A stretch of 63,564 nucleotides of DNA, the filler included, from Reticulomyxa filosa (Eukaryota; Protista; Foraminifera), in NCBI GenBank assembly GCA_000512085.1. It is 26 parts of 26 records of this genome, joined end to end, with 100 filler letters (N's around TTAATTAATTAA, not from the genome) between each part and the next. Parts side by side here need not be neighbours in the genome. Positions count along the whole stretch, not along the records: positions 11,980 to 14,083 come from ASPP01043910.1; positions 14,184 to 15,464 come from ASPP01043146.1; positions 15,565 to 17,614 come from ASPP01014143.1; positions 17,715 to 20,272 come from ASPP01022614.1; positions 20,373 to 21,752 come from ASPP01047503.1; positions 21,853 to 30,678 come from ASPP01018970.1; 20 more parts are not named here. One strand, written 5' to 3'. The notes below the pieces were generated by a model. The model worked only from the letters and a program-made list of their open reading frames with translations, was not told the DNA's origin and searched no databases. The position numbers and the translations under genes are program-made. The number at the start of each line of letters is the position of its first letter. Within the stretch, counting starts at the first letter, position 1. Shown here piece by piece: positions 11,990 to 25,649 of the stretch.

Positions 11990-14065
11990 AGAAGAAGAGA
12001 ACAACTTTGTAAAAATGCTAAAAAAGTGCTGTGATGAAAATCTTCAACACATCTCATTACTAGTCGACGAAGCCGATCAAGTTCGAACGGGCAAGAGTTT
12101 GAACCAATTGAAGAAAGCCATCACATCTGGACAATGGCAATTCGCCACGTGCTCTCAGGTGCTTCAAGGCAAAGGCAAAAACGAGCTGGTGCTCAAGATC
12201 GATGACAATGTCATATGGCCATTCACCGAAATTAGCGAAAACATTGATTGCGTGTTGCTTGGTGCGGACAAGCAGGAACTAAAGGAAATCGAAGAGGTGA
12301 TTCAACAGTTTGAGGAGTGCAAGGAGATTAGCAACTATCGAGTAGACTTTTGGAAAAAAGGAGGACGACTTAATCATCGCAATAAAGATAACCACATTAT
12401 TGACAACGATGAAATGTTTTGTTTGCGAGTGGGATTGCAAATGGCAGAGTTTGAACAGTGCAAACAACTTTGGAAACAACGATTGGAGCAATGGAAAAAG
12501 CAATGTTTGCAATTGCGAGAACGCTTTCCTGCACTCAATTACTTTTGCTTTAACGAAGTGCACTTGCTCATTCATACCATTCGTACACTCGTCTCGCCCA
12601 ACTGTCCCATGCCCAGTCTACAGGCCTTCAAGTTTATCAAGCCGTTCCTCCAAAAGATCAACTTCCAAGTCACCGATCAACACGTTGACATGATCTTGCG
12701 CGGTTGGAACTACTTGGACATGGTTGAGCGATCCAAATCATCTCGCCATGCTTACGACAATGACAACAATAATAATAATAATAATAATAATAATAGTAAT
12801 AGTAATAATGAAGATGACTTTAAAGATTGTAACGATGCCATTGCCAAGTTTGGCAATGCCCTCCATTTCATTTGGGAATCCTCACAACACAACCAGGCTT
12901 CGGGAACCCCTGTTTCCATCGGACTCAATCCTGGCAAGCCCAACTTGGTAATCAGTTCCAATGAGTTGCTCTTCGAGTCGCTCACGCTCTTTGAGTCGCA
13001 GCGATTCATTCCGCGTGCCGAGCATGTGCTTGTTTGCAACGAAAAGACAACCGAAGAGGATGTCGCTTGTTTAATCTTTCGAGCCATCACCAATTACAGA
13101 AAGACTCTAACCACCACAACAACAACAACTACTACTACTACTACTACTACCACAATCTCTTCAATACAGCATGACACTGTTCAACCTCTGTACTGTCTAG
13201 TGTTTCCTGAAAAACTGACACTGACGACATTAGACAAGGTATACCAAGTCATATACGACTTGTTGCTGAATGATATTCGCTTGGAAAAATTGAAAGACAA
13301 TTTGTACATGTTTGCGGTCATGTCATCAAAGTCCGACAACGATTTGTGCAAGTCCCTTTCGCAGTTCCAAGTCACTCTCCAAAGCTCGTCGTCCAAAGGC
13401 GTTTGTCAGCAAATGCTGTCTCAACTCTATTGCCAGTCGTGGACCAATTCACCCGACTCGCATCAGATTGTCCTCACCAAGCCTTGGGTTCAGCTCTACA
13501 TGTCCGACCGTGTCGCCGTGGGCAAAAGCGCAATGATCCAAAAAGAAATGGCCAAGATTCGGGCTATACACAGAGACAGAAAGATAGTGAAAGAGGTTTG
13601 TGTAGCTTTCAACAACAAAGACATCGACTGGGGTCAAATGATGAAAAGTCTTTGGAGTCATCATCCTTGCTCTGATGCTGCCAACTTGCAAATGGAACAT
13701 GCAAAGCTTGAACACCAGCTCGATACGTTGATCGTGTACCATTTAAATATCTCTTCCTGTGTCTCCGAACAGATCAACGACTTCCTCTTCGAACTCTTGT
13801 TTCTGCAACATATTAACTCCAACTCCCAAATGTGTCAATGCTTTCATGTCAACTCCAACATGGCCTTTCTCATCGAACTCCCTTCCACTTTGAGCGACCC
13901 CACTGCCATTTTAACTCCCAAAAAACTCTTCTACTTATTCTTTTCTACCGCTCAATTTCCCACTACCCACGTCACCGTGCAAAATAATCCCTTTCAGTTT
14001 GGAAACGAAGCACAGTATGCTATCAAATGGATGCAAGAATTTTTTGCCGGAAATTTGAAGTTTTG
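11990..14065 (+). CDS. RNF213/mysterin-like giant AAA+ protein, internal fragment (stalk end and first AAA-like modules)
   Basis: Collinear motifs LRERFPALNYF, GKPNLV, PRAEHVLVCNEKTTEEDVACLIFRA, LYCLVFPEKL, SDRVAVGKS and IVYHLNISSCVSEQINDFLFELLFLQHI match RNF213 as I recall it (GQPNLV, PTYDEVLLCTPATTFEEVALLLRR, VYSLLFADQL, SERAGVGKS, LFHLDVTSSVQTGIWVFLFKLLILQYL). Confidence 0.8.
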
Positions 14066-14183
14066 CAAAAAAAAAAAAAAAAANNNNNNNNNNNNNNNNN
14101 NNNNNNNNNNNNNNNNNNNNNNNNNNNTTAATTAATTAANNNNNNNNNNNNNNNNNNNNNNNNNNNNNNNNNNNNNNNNNNNN

Positions 14184-15386
14184 ATTGCAAATATGCTAAA
14201 AATAAGCTGGCAAAGCGATGCATCAATGATTTAATTGTAAAATGTCCAAGACAATATCAGCAAGAAACGCAAATATATCAAAAAGGAGAAGAAGGACGAT
14301 CATATGAAAATGCGCAAATAAAATGTGACTTCAAAGGCAAGATAGAAAATTTGAATGATCATTTGAACGATTCCTGTCCTTTGAAATTTGAAGAGTGTTG
14401 GTTTAAATCATTTGGATGTAATTGTTTATATTTTAAACACGAATTAGAAAACAGTTATGTTTTAAAGATAAAATATCATTTCGATTTAGTAATGACGAAA
14501 TTTGAATCAATGCAGCAGACCATCAATCAACTACAAGTGATTTCTTTGTAATGATAAGATTTACAAATCGATAGTAAAATAATGTGTAAATATATGTATA
14601 TAGGAAGAAGCAAGGAAATTACGACTGGAAAATGTAAAATTGAAAGCAGGGATGGAAGTGAATGGAAAAATACAATATGGAACAGTTTTAAAGATACAGT
14701 GTGAAAATGTTATCTTGGAACAGCAACTTTTGCAACAACAACAAAATATTCTCAATTCCAATGATCAACAGGTGTGTCCGATACGATCATCAGCAACAAA
14801 AAAAACAAAAAAAATAGAAACATAATATGACAAATAAATAAATAAATAAATAAATACATAATTTCAACAGAGAAAAATTCGCAATGAACTTACAAAGATC
14901 AAACCAGTAACCAGTGCCGAATTGAGTGGAATACAATCTTTACAACCTCCTTTCAACAATGGTGATGTAACTGTTCGATTTGCAGACAATACAATTGTAC
15001 AAAGTGGTGTTATCAGAAATAAAGAATTAAATGCACCAACTGGGATAAAATCAATCATACATCCTCTTTCATCTCAATCAAACGTGATGATGCGAGAAAC
15101 ACAATCACAAATGTTGTTGACTCACGCAAATGCACAAAAAGAAAAACGCATGATTGGTGAACAACTTTTCCCCATGGTTCGACTTGTGGAACCTAGACTT
15201 GCAGGAAAAATTACTGGGATGTTATTAGAAATGGAAAATAATCAATTGTTGATGTTGTTGAATAACGAAGATCTATTGCGAATAAAGATTAATGAAACAA
15301 TGAGTGTCTTGAAAAAATATCACAAGAAACAATCTCTGCGAAAGGGTAATAAAATCCGCCAACAAACTGAGCCACAAAACGATTAA
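14184..15386 (+). CDS. TRAF-type zinc finger + coiled coil + C-terminal MLLE (PABC) domain protein, 5'-truncated, 3 exons
   Basis: IVKCPRQ...CDFKGKIENLNDHLNDSCPLKFEECWFKSFGC (TRAF-like finger); KRMIGEQLFPMVRLVEPRLAGKITGMLLEMENNQLLMLL (canonical MLLE motif). Confidence 0.75.
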
Positions 15387-15581
15387 AATACAAGAAATTG
15401 TCCAATTTCTTCCTACCTTTTTTTTTTTTTGAGTTTTTAGTTTTGTTAAAAAAGAAAAATGATGNNNNNNNNNNNNNNNNNNNNNNNNNNNNNNNNNNNN
15501 NNNNNNNNTTAATTAATTAANNNNNNNNNNNNNNNNNNNNNNNNNNNNNNNNNNNNNNNNNNNNAAAAAAAAAAAAAAAAA

Positions 15582-16861
15582 CTCCAAACTCGATGTATTT
15601 CTGTTTTTTCCGAAAAGCGACAACCGAGAAAAGGACCATGCACAAATTGAATGGCCACGACGACGACGGCAATTGTGCGCTGGAGAAGACGACAGAGAAA
15701 CTGCATTGCAAACAGATGCACACAAAGCAGTGCCAAATGGCAGTGAGAATGTTCTGCAGATTGCACGTCGCGAAAATGCACCCAATGCCGGCCATGGTCA
15801 AGGCTGTGTTGAACGAAAACAGTCCCGAGTATATCACTGAAGTGTCCAGTCCAAACAGCAAGCTGACCAACGCGCCAAAGTAGCTCCCACTCAACGCCAA
15901 CACGCCCGCCTTCCAGTCGTACAAAAACATGGCCAAAAACATTGCCAGGCCTCCCCATTCACTTCCACAAAAGCACATTTGTCCAATACCACGAAATACA
16001 CTTCGAAACAATATTTTTTCAAACTTTGTTTTTTTTTTTAAAAAAAAAGTAAACATATTTACATATAAATATATATATATATATATATATTTATATGTAA
16101 ATATGTTTATATTTTGTGTGTGTGTGTATCAAAACGTCGAAAGAGCTGTGATAAATCGAATAGGAACTATTGCTTAAAGTCTGGTCGACGGGCAGAGCGG
16201 CAACTACTTTGTATTGCAACCACGGCAGATAAGACAGAACGGGGAACCACAGATACTGTGACACATTGAAGGGGATACTAAACACGGGGTAACTGGGCCA
16301 AAGGTTGGTCAGTCCTATGTGCACTGCCGTTGTCACGTATGCACTTCCTATGCACACGGGGATCAACTTTAGAAATGTTTGGTAGCGATGGTAGTCATTG
16401 CCTACAAAGGTTCCTATTGAAGCTCCCGTTAGAAATCCATTGTATACCTTTTTTTTTTTTTTTATTGGTAATTAATACTTTACAACTTTTTTTTTAATAT
16501 TTAAACTTAAATTGAAGACACAAATGATTGCTCACTTAACAAAAATACCGTTGTTCATATAGTTTGGCTTTTTCATTCTCAAGTACGATGTCCCTAGTAA
16601 CCATGTCGCCACCGAGTAGTTCGTCACGCCACCTACTACTCCACAACTGGCAATTATCGGGTTGTAACAGGCCAGTGAAACCAGGGTCACTACTCCCACC
16701 CATGGGTTGTCCATAAATATACATTGCCCAACCCCTCGGAAAAACGAAAACAACCAAACGTAATACACCGGCTTTTCATAACACAAAGTGCGTAAACCTT
16801 CTGCATTTCCAAAAATGAAAGGCTTCACTCGTTGTAACAGATTACATTGTCTACCTTCCAT
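15582..16861 (-). CDS. Urea transporter (UT/SLC14 family), spliced, 3'-truncated
   Basis: Internally duplicated motifs FRGVGQCIFMDNPWVG and FRGIGQMCFCGSEWGG, plus NG...YNGFLTG, PVFSIPFN, SGLFSFN and LPSSSWPFN. Confidence 0.88.
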
Positions 16862-19800
16862 AATGAAAAGGAGTTGTCTTTTTTCATGCTCAACAAGTCT
16901 TTTTTATTGTTTTTTTTTTTTTAACAGTGTCACTGGGAACAACTCTTCATGCCTGCAGTGCAGTACTACGGTCGGTGAACACGATCTGTTAACGGTGTCT
17001 TGTCTTTTTTTTCAAGAATGCTAATGTCAGTTCTCAAAATATTTTTTTAGTAGCACATGTTTTTTTCCAATTCTATGTAAATCACAAACTCCTTATTGAC
17101 AAAAGAATGCAGACAGACGAAATAAAAACGCCAACAAAACAAACAAATTACAAGATGTTGTTGACATCTAAAACAAACAAAAAAAAGAATTTAAAAAAAG
17201 GAAAATTTGGTTACTTTGGGGATGCAAAAGAAGAACAATTTTTTTAAAAAAATTATATGTTAAGTCGAAGTTAATTTCTTCAAATCTTCAGAAAGATCTA
17301 TGATTTTGACAATGGAAGATGCTGCCCAGAAACTGTCAATGACTTGCTTGTAAGCAAGAGTACCTCCCCTGAGTCGTTTACACGAGATCAAGTACTTGAA
17401 TTGGAAGCGATATTGTCTGACTTCAAACTCCGCGTCAAAGAGCCCTCCGTCTTCACCGGTCAAGCATTTAACAATTCATCTCGTGTCTTTGGGGAGGGAA
17501 TTGTCATACTATGTGTCATCAAAGCACTTTACTTGGTACTTTTTTTTTTGTTGCTTTTCTATGTTTATACATACATATATGCATGTTATATGTATGGTAC
17601 GTATGCATATATGCNNNNNNNNNNNNNNNNNNNNNNNNNNNNNNNNNNNNNNNNNNNNTTAATTAATTAANNNNNNNNNNNNNNNNNNNNNNNNNNNNNN
17701 NNNNNNNNNNNNNNTATTTGCACATTATCTGAATCCTGAGTTTTTTCCTGCAAAAAAAGTGTTTTCAATGATCTGTATACAAGTTGTTATTACGACTTAT
17801 AATTTTTACAATTAAAATTATCAAATTATTTATGCGACAAATACTCAGCCTAGAAATGGTCAAATGATATACATTTTAACATAGCAATAATCTGATATTG
17901 TGTATTAAATTAAATTGTGTTAATATCAAACTAATTGAACAAATAAAATACATACATAAATGAAATATACACTATTAATCAAAGAAAAAAAATCAATATC
18001 AATATGCTCGCAACTAGTCTGTGCGTTTGCGAAACAAGTCTACAGTTTTTGTTAATTTTTAATGGCATATCGTATCCAAATGTTGCTGCATATTAATTAT
18101 TTTGCCCTTAAAATCACATATAACTTGGTTGATATCATTTGCCTTTTTTTCCGTTGATTAGTGACTAAAACATATGAATCAAAAGCAATTAGATGCATTT
18201 CAAAAGTTGAACTTTATTTATTCGAATGGAAACAAGATTTGAAAGATATTGAATTAATTTTTCAAGTTTGTTATTTTATTTATTTCAATTGTTACACTTT
18301 CATATTCATATTTTCAATCATAAAAAAATAATAAATAAATAATTGAATTGAAAACGGTAGAACCAATATTACAAAATGAAAAAGAAGAAGATTGAGATTA
18401 CTGTTGCACATTTTGGGGACTTCAAATCAAGGAATGATGAAAGAATGTGAAGAGAAAAAAATGGAGATAACAGAAGTTCTTCATGATCAAATTGTAGAAA
18501 AATTATGCAAAAATGAGTAATGGTCGAATTATGTATTGACATTTGACAACATTCTGAAAATGGTTGCTATTTTTATGAAACAATCACCGTTAGTCCACTC
18601 TAATGTTCAAAACGTCGAATGGGCCGTACAGTCCGAAGTGGAAGACGCATAACTCACTACGCTGCCATACGATAACATTGTCGATTTTGTCTTCATTCCA
18701 AAATCATGCATACCAAAGCGATCATTAAGCAAAGTTAGTCCAAAGCGTTAGATGTTTTTTTATATGCGAAAAATAATGAAAAATTTAGTTTAAACAAAAT
18801 TTGAAAACAGAAAATCTTGCTTTGCTTTGCTTTTGTAACATTGCTTTGTCATTACTATGTATACTATTGATGCTATCTTAAATTTGAGTTAATCACGTTC
18901 TGGATGTCCTAGCACATGCTATGAGTTGGATTTTCCAAAATAAAAAGAAAAACAAATCATTTAATATTTTTTCAATAAAGCAATTCCTTTTAAACTCTGA
19001 ATTACAAAATTTTAAAAAAAATGAAATGAAGGGAAAATCAAAAAAGAAAAGAAAGAATAAGGCGCCCCATGCGCTGCCCAATTCTTTCTTTTCTTTTTGA
19101 TTTGTCTTCATTTGCTTTTTTTTTTAAAACGCCACTTGGTTGGGTTGTTTGATGTTTAGCCTTGGAGTACTTAATTGATGATGAACAAACAATTACAGTG
19201 TTATAAAAGGACATAAGTATTGATAACAACATTAAAATATTTAAAAAAACGCAAAATGATCAAACCAATTTGTGACTATAGACCAATATATTGCAAACAC
19301 ACTTGTGAAATTCCAGTGAAAAAAGCTCGGTGTGGTAACAAAGTTAGACCTCAATCAGTTTTTATTATGTTATTAGACCTTGAGTATAACTGAAAATTGA
19401 CTTAAACATATTTGTGGATGATTATTCATCCAAAATAATGTTTTTTGTGTCAAAAATTAAAATCAACAAGCAAAAATATATACTTACTGTTGTTGGTAAT
19501 ATTATTGTAATTCATGTTTTTGAAATGACACGATATGAAAACTCAATAGCTGTTTGCTAGACCAGAAAATTAAAAGCTTTAATGAACACTCCAAAGAGTT
19601 TTAATAAAATTCAATTTTTATTAAGAAGATTATCAATTCAAATAATCATTTTCTTTTAAAATGTTAATTTTTTTACTGAAAACTTTGTGTCAAACTCTGC
19701 ACATGATGTATCTTCTCATTATAAAAAAATAAATCAATGCACGTTTAAAGATAAATACTGATTAAATTTAAATTGCTTTAATTTAAAAAATTAATTTCCA

Positions 19801-19951
19801 TCGCCCAATAATAAACTTTACAACTAAAATGTAATTGTAATCCATTTGTGACATTTTGTTAAAAGTGAATTTGTAGTTTGCAAAGAAACTTTAAAAGAGG
19901 ACGTGCACTCTCAAGACTTAAAACTATCTTAAAAAAAATTGAGAAAAGCAA

Positions 19952-20177
19952 ATGACAACCACGAGCGAACATAAAACAACTGATGAGCAAATTGAAAATT
20001 TTGAGACATTCAAACAGAATGAGATAATTCGTGTTAGTGTGCCCAGCAGTGAGCGTGTCGGCAACGTAGTAAAATATAAAGTAGAGACAGCAACAAAAGA
20101 ACTGCAATGGAGTAGATCGGTGCGATATGAACAATTTCACAATTTGTGTGAAGATATTCAAGAACTTTTGAGTCACG
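19952..20177 (+). CDS. PX-domain protein, first exon
   Basis: IRVSVPSSERVGNVVKYKVET...WSRSVRYEQFHNL resembles the PX pattern (V.Y.I.V...V.RRYS.F..L); followed by a GTAATT donor. Confidence 0.55.
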
Positions 20178-20234
20178 GTAATTGCTTTTTTTTTTTTTTT
20201 TTTGGTTGTTGTAGCAAGTGTATCTTATGGTTAC

Positions 20235-20272
<38 letters not shown>

Positions 20273-22287
20273 NNNNNNNNNNNNNNNNNNNNNNNNNNNN
20301 NNNNNNNNNNNNNNNNTTAATTAATTAANNNNNNNNNNNNNNNNNNNNNNNNNNNNNNNNNNNNNNNNNNNNATCAACAAACTCGTGTCTCCATTATAGA
20401 CAACTTTGCAATTAAATGACCAAAAATGATTCGAGAACATTTTATCATTTGTCTTTGCAAACTGACATTATACTCACAACTGTTTTGATAGACTTGTCAT
20501 TTCCAATATTGCTTCTCACCTGTTATTTGTTTAGAAAACGATACGATATCAAAGTTTACAAAGGATCAGTTTCAAAAGTGGTAGCAATTTCAATTGTTTA
20601 GATACCACAGCTTAAGTAAACGCAAGTGAGAATAAAGAAGCTACTCATTGATTAAACGGGAATAAACTTTGTTGTACTGCAATTGCATTTGTATCTTTTG
20701 CGGAGAATTAAAAAAAGTAAATGTTGGCGTTTGTTTCATTACATTTTATCTATTTACTATATAAACTCATAATAATTTTTACAAAAATCAACAAACTAAA
20801 CAAGTGCAGCATATTATTTCTTGTGTCCTCAGAACATGTAATAATTCTTTTCCATTATTACATTATTTTTAGCTTTTTGAAGTTAAAAAAGAAATGCTCC
20901 AATTTTTTTTTTATTTAATTTTGTTTTTATGCCTTAAATATAATACAATTGTGTTGTCATGTGGTGGAGGTATCTGATCATTGATCTATCGAAATTTCAT
21001 CATGAATTATTGTTTTCACTTCTTTCTCTAACTGGTTTTTTATTGATTCATCAATTCAACAAACATATGTTAGTTTGCTATTCCAGAAATTCAGCAAGAC
21101 TTACTAATTGTGGTGTTGCGGTCTCTTTTTCTTTGACAGTGGTATCAATTTTTTCTTGAGCAAAAAAATAATAAATTATTAAAGTATAAACATTGACAAA
21201 TATTTTAAATGATACTAAGTTTTTCTGATAAAATATTGATATCTTTTTTTGAAATGCTATTGCCTAAAACATTTGAATCACACAAAAAGAGTATTTACAA
21301 TCAACATCAAAATCTTATACAAATCAATCAAAAATTAAATATTTTCATTATCCAATCGTAAAAAAAAGAACAACAATAAATTGGTTTTTTGACTTTTTGT
21401 TATTTTCAACGACTACTTAAATATGCCATTAAACATATCTTTAGAGATATTAGTTTGACTATTGATGTTTCAAAAGTTCACTACCAATATTGAAAATAAT
21501 AATACGTTTGAATCAAAACACAAAGCTAGAGATATAAGAATGATATTTTATTGGCATTTCTAAAATAGAATTATTATCTAATTTCTACTCCGAAAAAATT
21601 AGAGTGTTTCTTATACATTCAATAAAATCGGATTGAAACAAAAAAAAAGGAGATTTTTATTGATAAGGTCAAATAAATAAAACATGTAACTCTTTTAGAA
21701 ACATTTTCGATCAAAGAAATATGACTCTGAATTATTTTCCATTCATGTAGTTNNNNNNNNNNNNNNNNNNNNNNNNNNNNNNNNNNNNNNNNNNNNTTAA
21801 TTAATTAANNNNNNNNNNNNNNNNNNNNNNNNNNNNNNNNNNNNNNNNNNNNAAAAAAAAACACACAATCAACACTTATCAAACATGTTGCTTTCCTTTT
21901 GACGCAAACAAAGGAAAGAAGTGAGATTGATATGAAGGTTGAGATTTCAAACATCTCAACTGGACCAAAATTTCTCATTTCTCAATGCTCTTCGCTTTGG
22001 TGTTCTGATGTTTGTGGTGTTTGATTGTTTGTTTTTCGATTTGATATTCAAGATGTCATCTTTTTGACAAAACTTTTGAATAATTTACTTCCGCCATGTT
22101 TGGTATAGAAGTTGATCAGTGATTCTTCTTGCTAGTTTATAAACAACTAATTCAATTTATTTTTTTTTAAGAAAAAATCAGTATGATCCCAGATTTGTCT
22201 TTGCCAAAACTGCTTACGGGTAGTCAAAGGGAACATGCCAAAAAAAAAAGAGGCACGGGCTGTGATTTATATTAAAACGACTTTGGA

Positions 22288-23601
22288 ATGCTCCCAGAGA
22301 CTCAAGACAATGAACAGCTGCTCTCTCAGTCGACTAAAAAAGAAAAAGGCAGATGGTTTGAAAATTTGACCTGGAAAAGTTATTTAAAACTAGCCTTGTT
22401 TTTGGCATTGGTAGTGATCGGCATAGTGGCAGCAGTGAAAAATGGCCAAGTTATCAACGAGGCCAAAGATTTTTTAGATTGGATGAAACACCATATTTTT
22501 TTGGGGACATTTATTTTCATCGTGATTTACTTTTGTGCGACGGTTTTGTTTGTCCCAGGTAACATTATTGGATTGAAAGCGCCAACTTTTATTTTTTTTT
22601 TTTTTTTTATGTTCTGCTTCTGTTTGAATGGGATGAACAACGGAACAAAATTGTGTAGGATCGGTGCTAACTATTGGAGGAGCATTTATATTTTGCCAAG
22701 CAACGAATCAGGTTTTATGTCTTATGTTTCACTCGTGTGTATATTAAAAAAAAGGGACGAATAACAACGAGGTTCTCAAAGTCCACTTTGTTACGCGAAA
22801 CACAGATATGTTTCAAATGCATTTACAGATAATCGGAGTCGTGATAGCCACTGTTGCAGTATTCATAGGAGCGAGCACCGGTGCAACGGCAGCGTTCTTG
22901 TTGGGACGCTTTCTCTTTCGCGAGAGTGTATCCGTACTCGTCCAAAAATATGAAAAGTTCGAAATAATTGACAAAGTGGTTCGTATCAACGGCTTAAAGG
23001 TCACATTTCTATTGCGACTCTCGCCCATTATTCCCTTCAATGGAATGAACTGTAAGTGCTTTCAGTTTTAATACACGTTGGCTGTTTTGATTGCTTGAAA
23101 AATTCAAACTTTGTCATTTCATTAAACACAGATGCAATGGGATTGACTTCGGTTAAGTTCAGAGATTATTGCATTGCGCACATTGGTATGTTGCCAGGCA
23201 CGATTGCATATTGTTTTTTGGGCAGCACATTAAGCAGTGTTTCCGATGCTGCAAGCACAAACTCCAGTAAAAATACAACTGTTTTGATTGTTCTCATCGT
23301 TGGCAGTATTATCGCTTTTGTGGGGATGTTGTATGTTGCTTTCATTGCAAAAAAGCAATTTACTCAATTAGCAAAGGAAGTCGAAGACGAAAAAAACAAC
23401 AATCAAAATCAAACTGGCAGCAATAGCTCCGTCAACATAAACAATATGCTCTTGTCAATTCTGGCGTTAGCTTACAAAATAACTACGAAGCTCCTAAACT
23501 CTCATTGTCCCAAAACTAAAAATATCTATTTCAACCCACCATTGTGTTTCTTATTGACAGAAAAGACTTACGACAATGTAGCATTTCCACTTGTCACTTA
23601 A
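22288..23601 (+). CDS. TVP38/TMEM64 family (DedA/VTT domain) membrane protein, 4 exons
   Basis: VLFVPG|SVLTIGGAF, GASTGATAAFLLGRFLFR, FLLRLSPIIPFNGMN|YAMGLTSVKFRDY and IGMLPGT; GT-AG introns near 22559-22659, 22712-22829 and 23052-23131. Confidence 0.9.
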
Positions 23602-25009
23602 TGGAGTGTATAACTTTTCTTTAGCTATTTCAATATTAATTAATCTCATTTCTAAGGCTTATTAAATAACAATGGAATCGAATATTTTATTTTTGAGAAA
23701 AAAAAGTGTTAAATTTCAATTTTGTTTGATAAATTAGATATTTTCAATGGAATCATAAAGGAAAAGACATAATTCCACTTTATATAACAGTGACTATCAT
23801 TGGACTTAGACGACAAAAAGAAATGAAACTATTGCATAGTAGTATCATGATTGGAAGCAACATTGAAATCGAAAAATCATATATGTCGATATATTTCGAA
23901 GTCCAGTCAAAAACGTATGTTTGTCAGTTGCCTTGGAAAAAGACAAATCCGACCAAGAAACTTTTTCAATCAATTTTTTTTATTCTGATTTTTTTTAGTG
24001 TAAAAGAGTGGTTAACACTAGACATTCAACTAGTTGTTTTTTCTATTGTTTGTCGTAGACTCTTTCTTTAAGTAAGCAATCTGTGGATAAGGACTATGTA
24101 ATAGCACAAACTAGCTGTTGATGTGATGTGCTCCGAGTAAAGATATATCTTACTAATGTGGAACAGTAAAAGACAAGTACCTGATTAACAAATAATGTAA
24201 AAGAATAGTTTAGTAACTGCTGGATTTGCGACATTAAAAGACTATCGGAAGAATCAATTTTTGAGTTTATTTAAATCGTAATGTCGCAATTGCTTGCTTA
24301 AAGTATATTATCAAATTAATGGAAATTTAGTAACCCTTTTACTGAAAACTGTAGTAACATTAAGATTGTCTGATACATTTACTAAATTTGTAATTTTGTA
24401 AGGTCAAGTAAATATATTTTGTAATAGGAAAAAATACTAATGTGAAGATCTTAACAATACTGAACTTTGGGCAAAATAGAAACATACTAGCTGATCACTC
24501 GAAGTAAGTAGTAATTATCATTTAATGTACAAAGCAAGCAAATCTTTCGCAAAGGGTATGCATGTATCGTTATTGATGTATATAATACCAGAAGCAAATC
24601 TCGAGCAATATCAACTTCAACAAGTAATTAAATCAAAAGGAACTGTTTCGTCAATACATTAAATCAATATTCGAAAGTAAAATTCATAATAAAAAGACAT
24701 ACAAACAATTTAGATATAATAGTAATATTTGTGTATGGAAGTTGCAAAACCAGATCAATGACTTGAATAAGCAGTAACGATCATTTAAGATCCATTTCGA
24801 TAACAACGGAATTTCAGATTAAATGAATTAAGTTTTTTTTAACGACGTGTCTCCAAGTTCAAAAATAAAGTTCACTCGTCCAAAACACTTACAAAACAAA
24901 ATTGAAATAAGAAAATGGTAAAAATATCAATATTTTAATATTTAATGTAAAAAAAATCAATACATTTTAATTTAAATTAGTCAAAAATTGTTTTTCACAT
25001 TTTTTTGTT

Positions 25010-25560
25010 ACTTTGAATGAACAAATATTCAACTTGTTCTGATTCTATGTTGCACCATTTGGAAAATGAAGTAACAGCTCTTTGGTTTAATCCTAACTTT
25101 CCAGTAGTCAGTCTGCATATCACTATTTCTTCATCGATTTACAGTTGGAGAACAAATACTCTTTCGAATAATTTAGCTCATCTAATGTCTGGCAATAATA
25201 TCTTTGGATATTTGTGTTAAGTGATTTCAATGCCTTCATTTATCTAGTATCGATTCCACGATCTATAAATGATTCATTTAATTAATAAGTTAGAAATTAT
25301 GCTATTTTGTCCAATTCAGCATTTCTTTTGCCCTTTTTGCACATATCCACACGTTTATTTTCTGATATTACAGAATGTCCTTTGATACAACGGATTCCGG
25401 AATATTTTTGTTGTTGGATGTCTTGAGAATTCGTTGATAGACTTCAATTTGAGATTTGTAGTTTTAGGTTCCATGTGTTCACTAGTTTCTTTTGCATTTA
25501 TTTTCTTGTCTGTCCAACAATCCAAATAGTACTTCTAAAAAGTTTCTCTATGAGCTTTTT
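25010..25560 (-). mobile_element. Degenerate non-LTR retrotransposon (LINE) relic: RNase H end plus C-terminal Cys-His region
   Basis: Minus-strand fragments IRCIKGHSVISENKRVD (RNase H W(V/I)KGHSG..GNE.(A/V)D motif) and IVICRLTTGKLGLNQ...KWCNIESEQVEYLFIQ, with many stops and frameshifts. Confidence 0.65.
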
Positions 25561-25649
25561 ATTGGACTCATTTCAAATAAATTCTAACAAAAAGGCTCAA
25601 TTTGATTAATCACAACTTCATTGACTTTCAATCAATTGTCCTTCAAGAA

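Noticed and set aside
20373-21752. Short ORFs in AT-rich contigs, and the many antisense or overlapping ORFs in the track
   Set aside because: They have Phe/Ile/Lys-rich composition from homopolymers or are shadows of real genes on the other strand; no motifs
24000-24800. Possible eroded coding sequence (e.g. LVTAGFATLKDYRK, faintly like a staphylococcal-nuclease domain)
   Set aside because: Too short and too interrupted to support any assignment by eye
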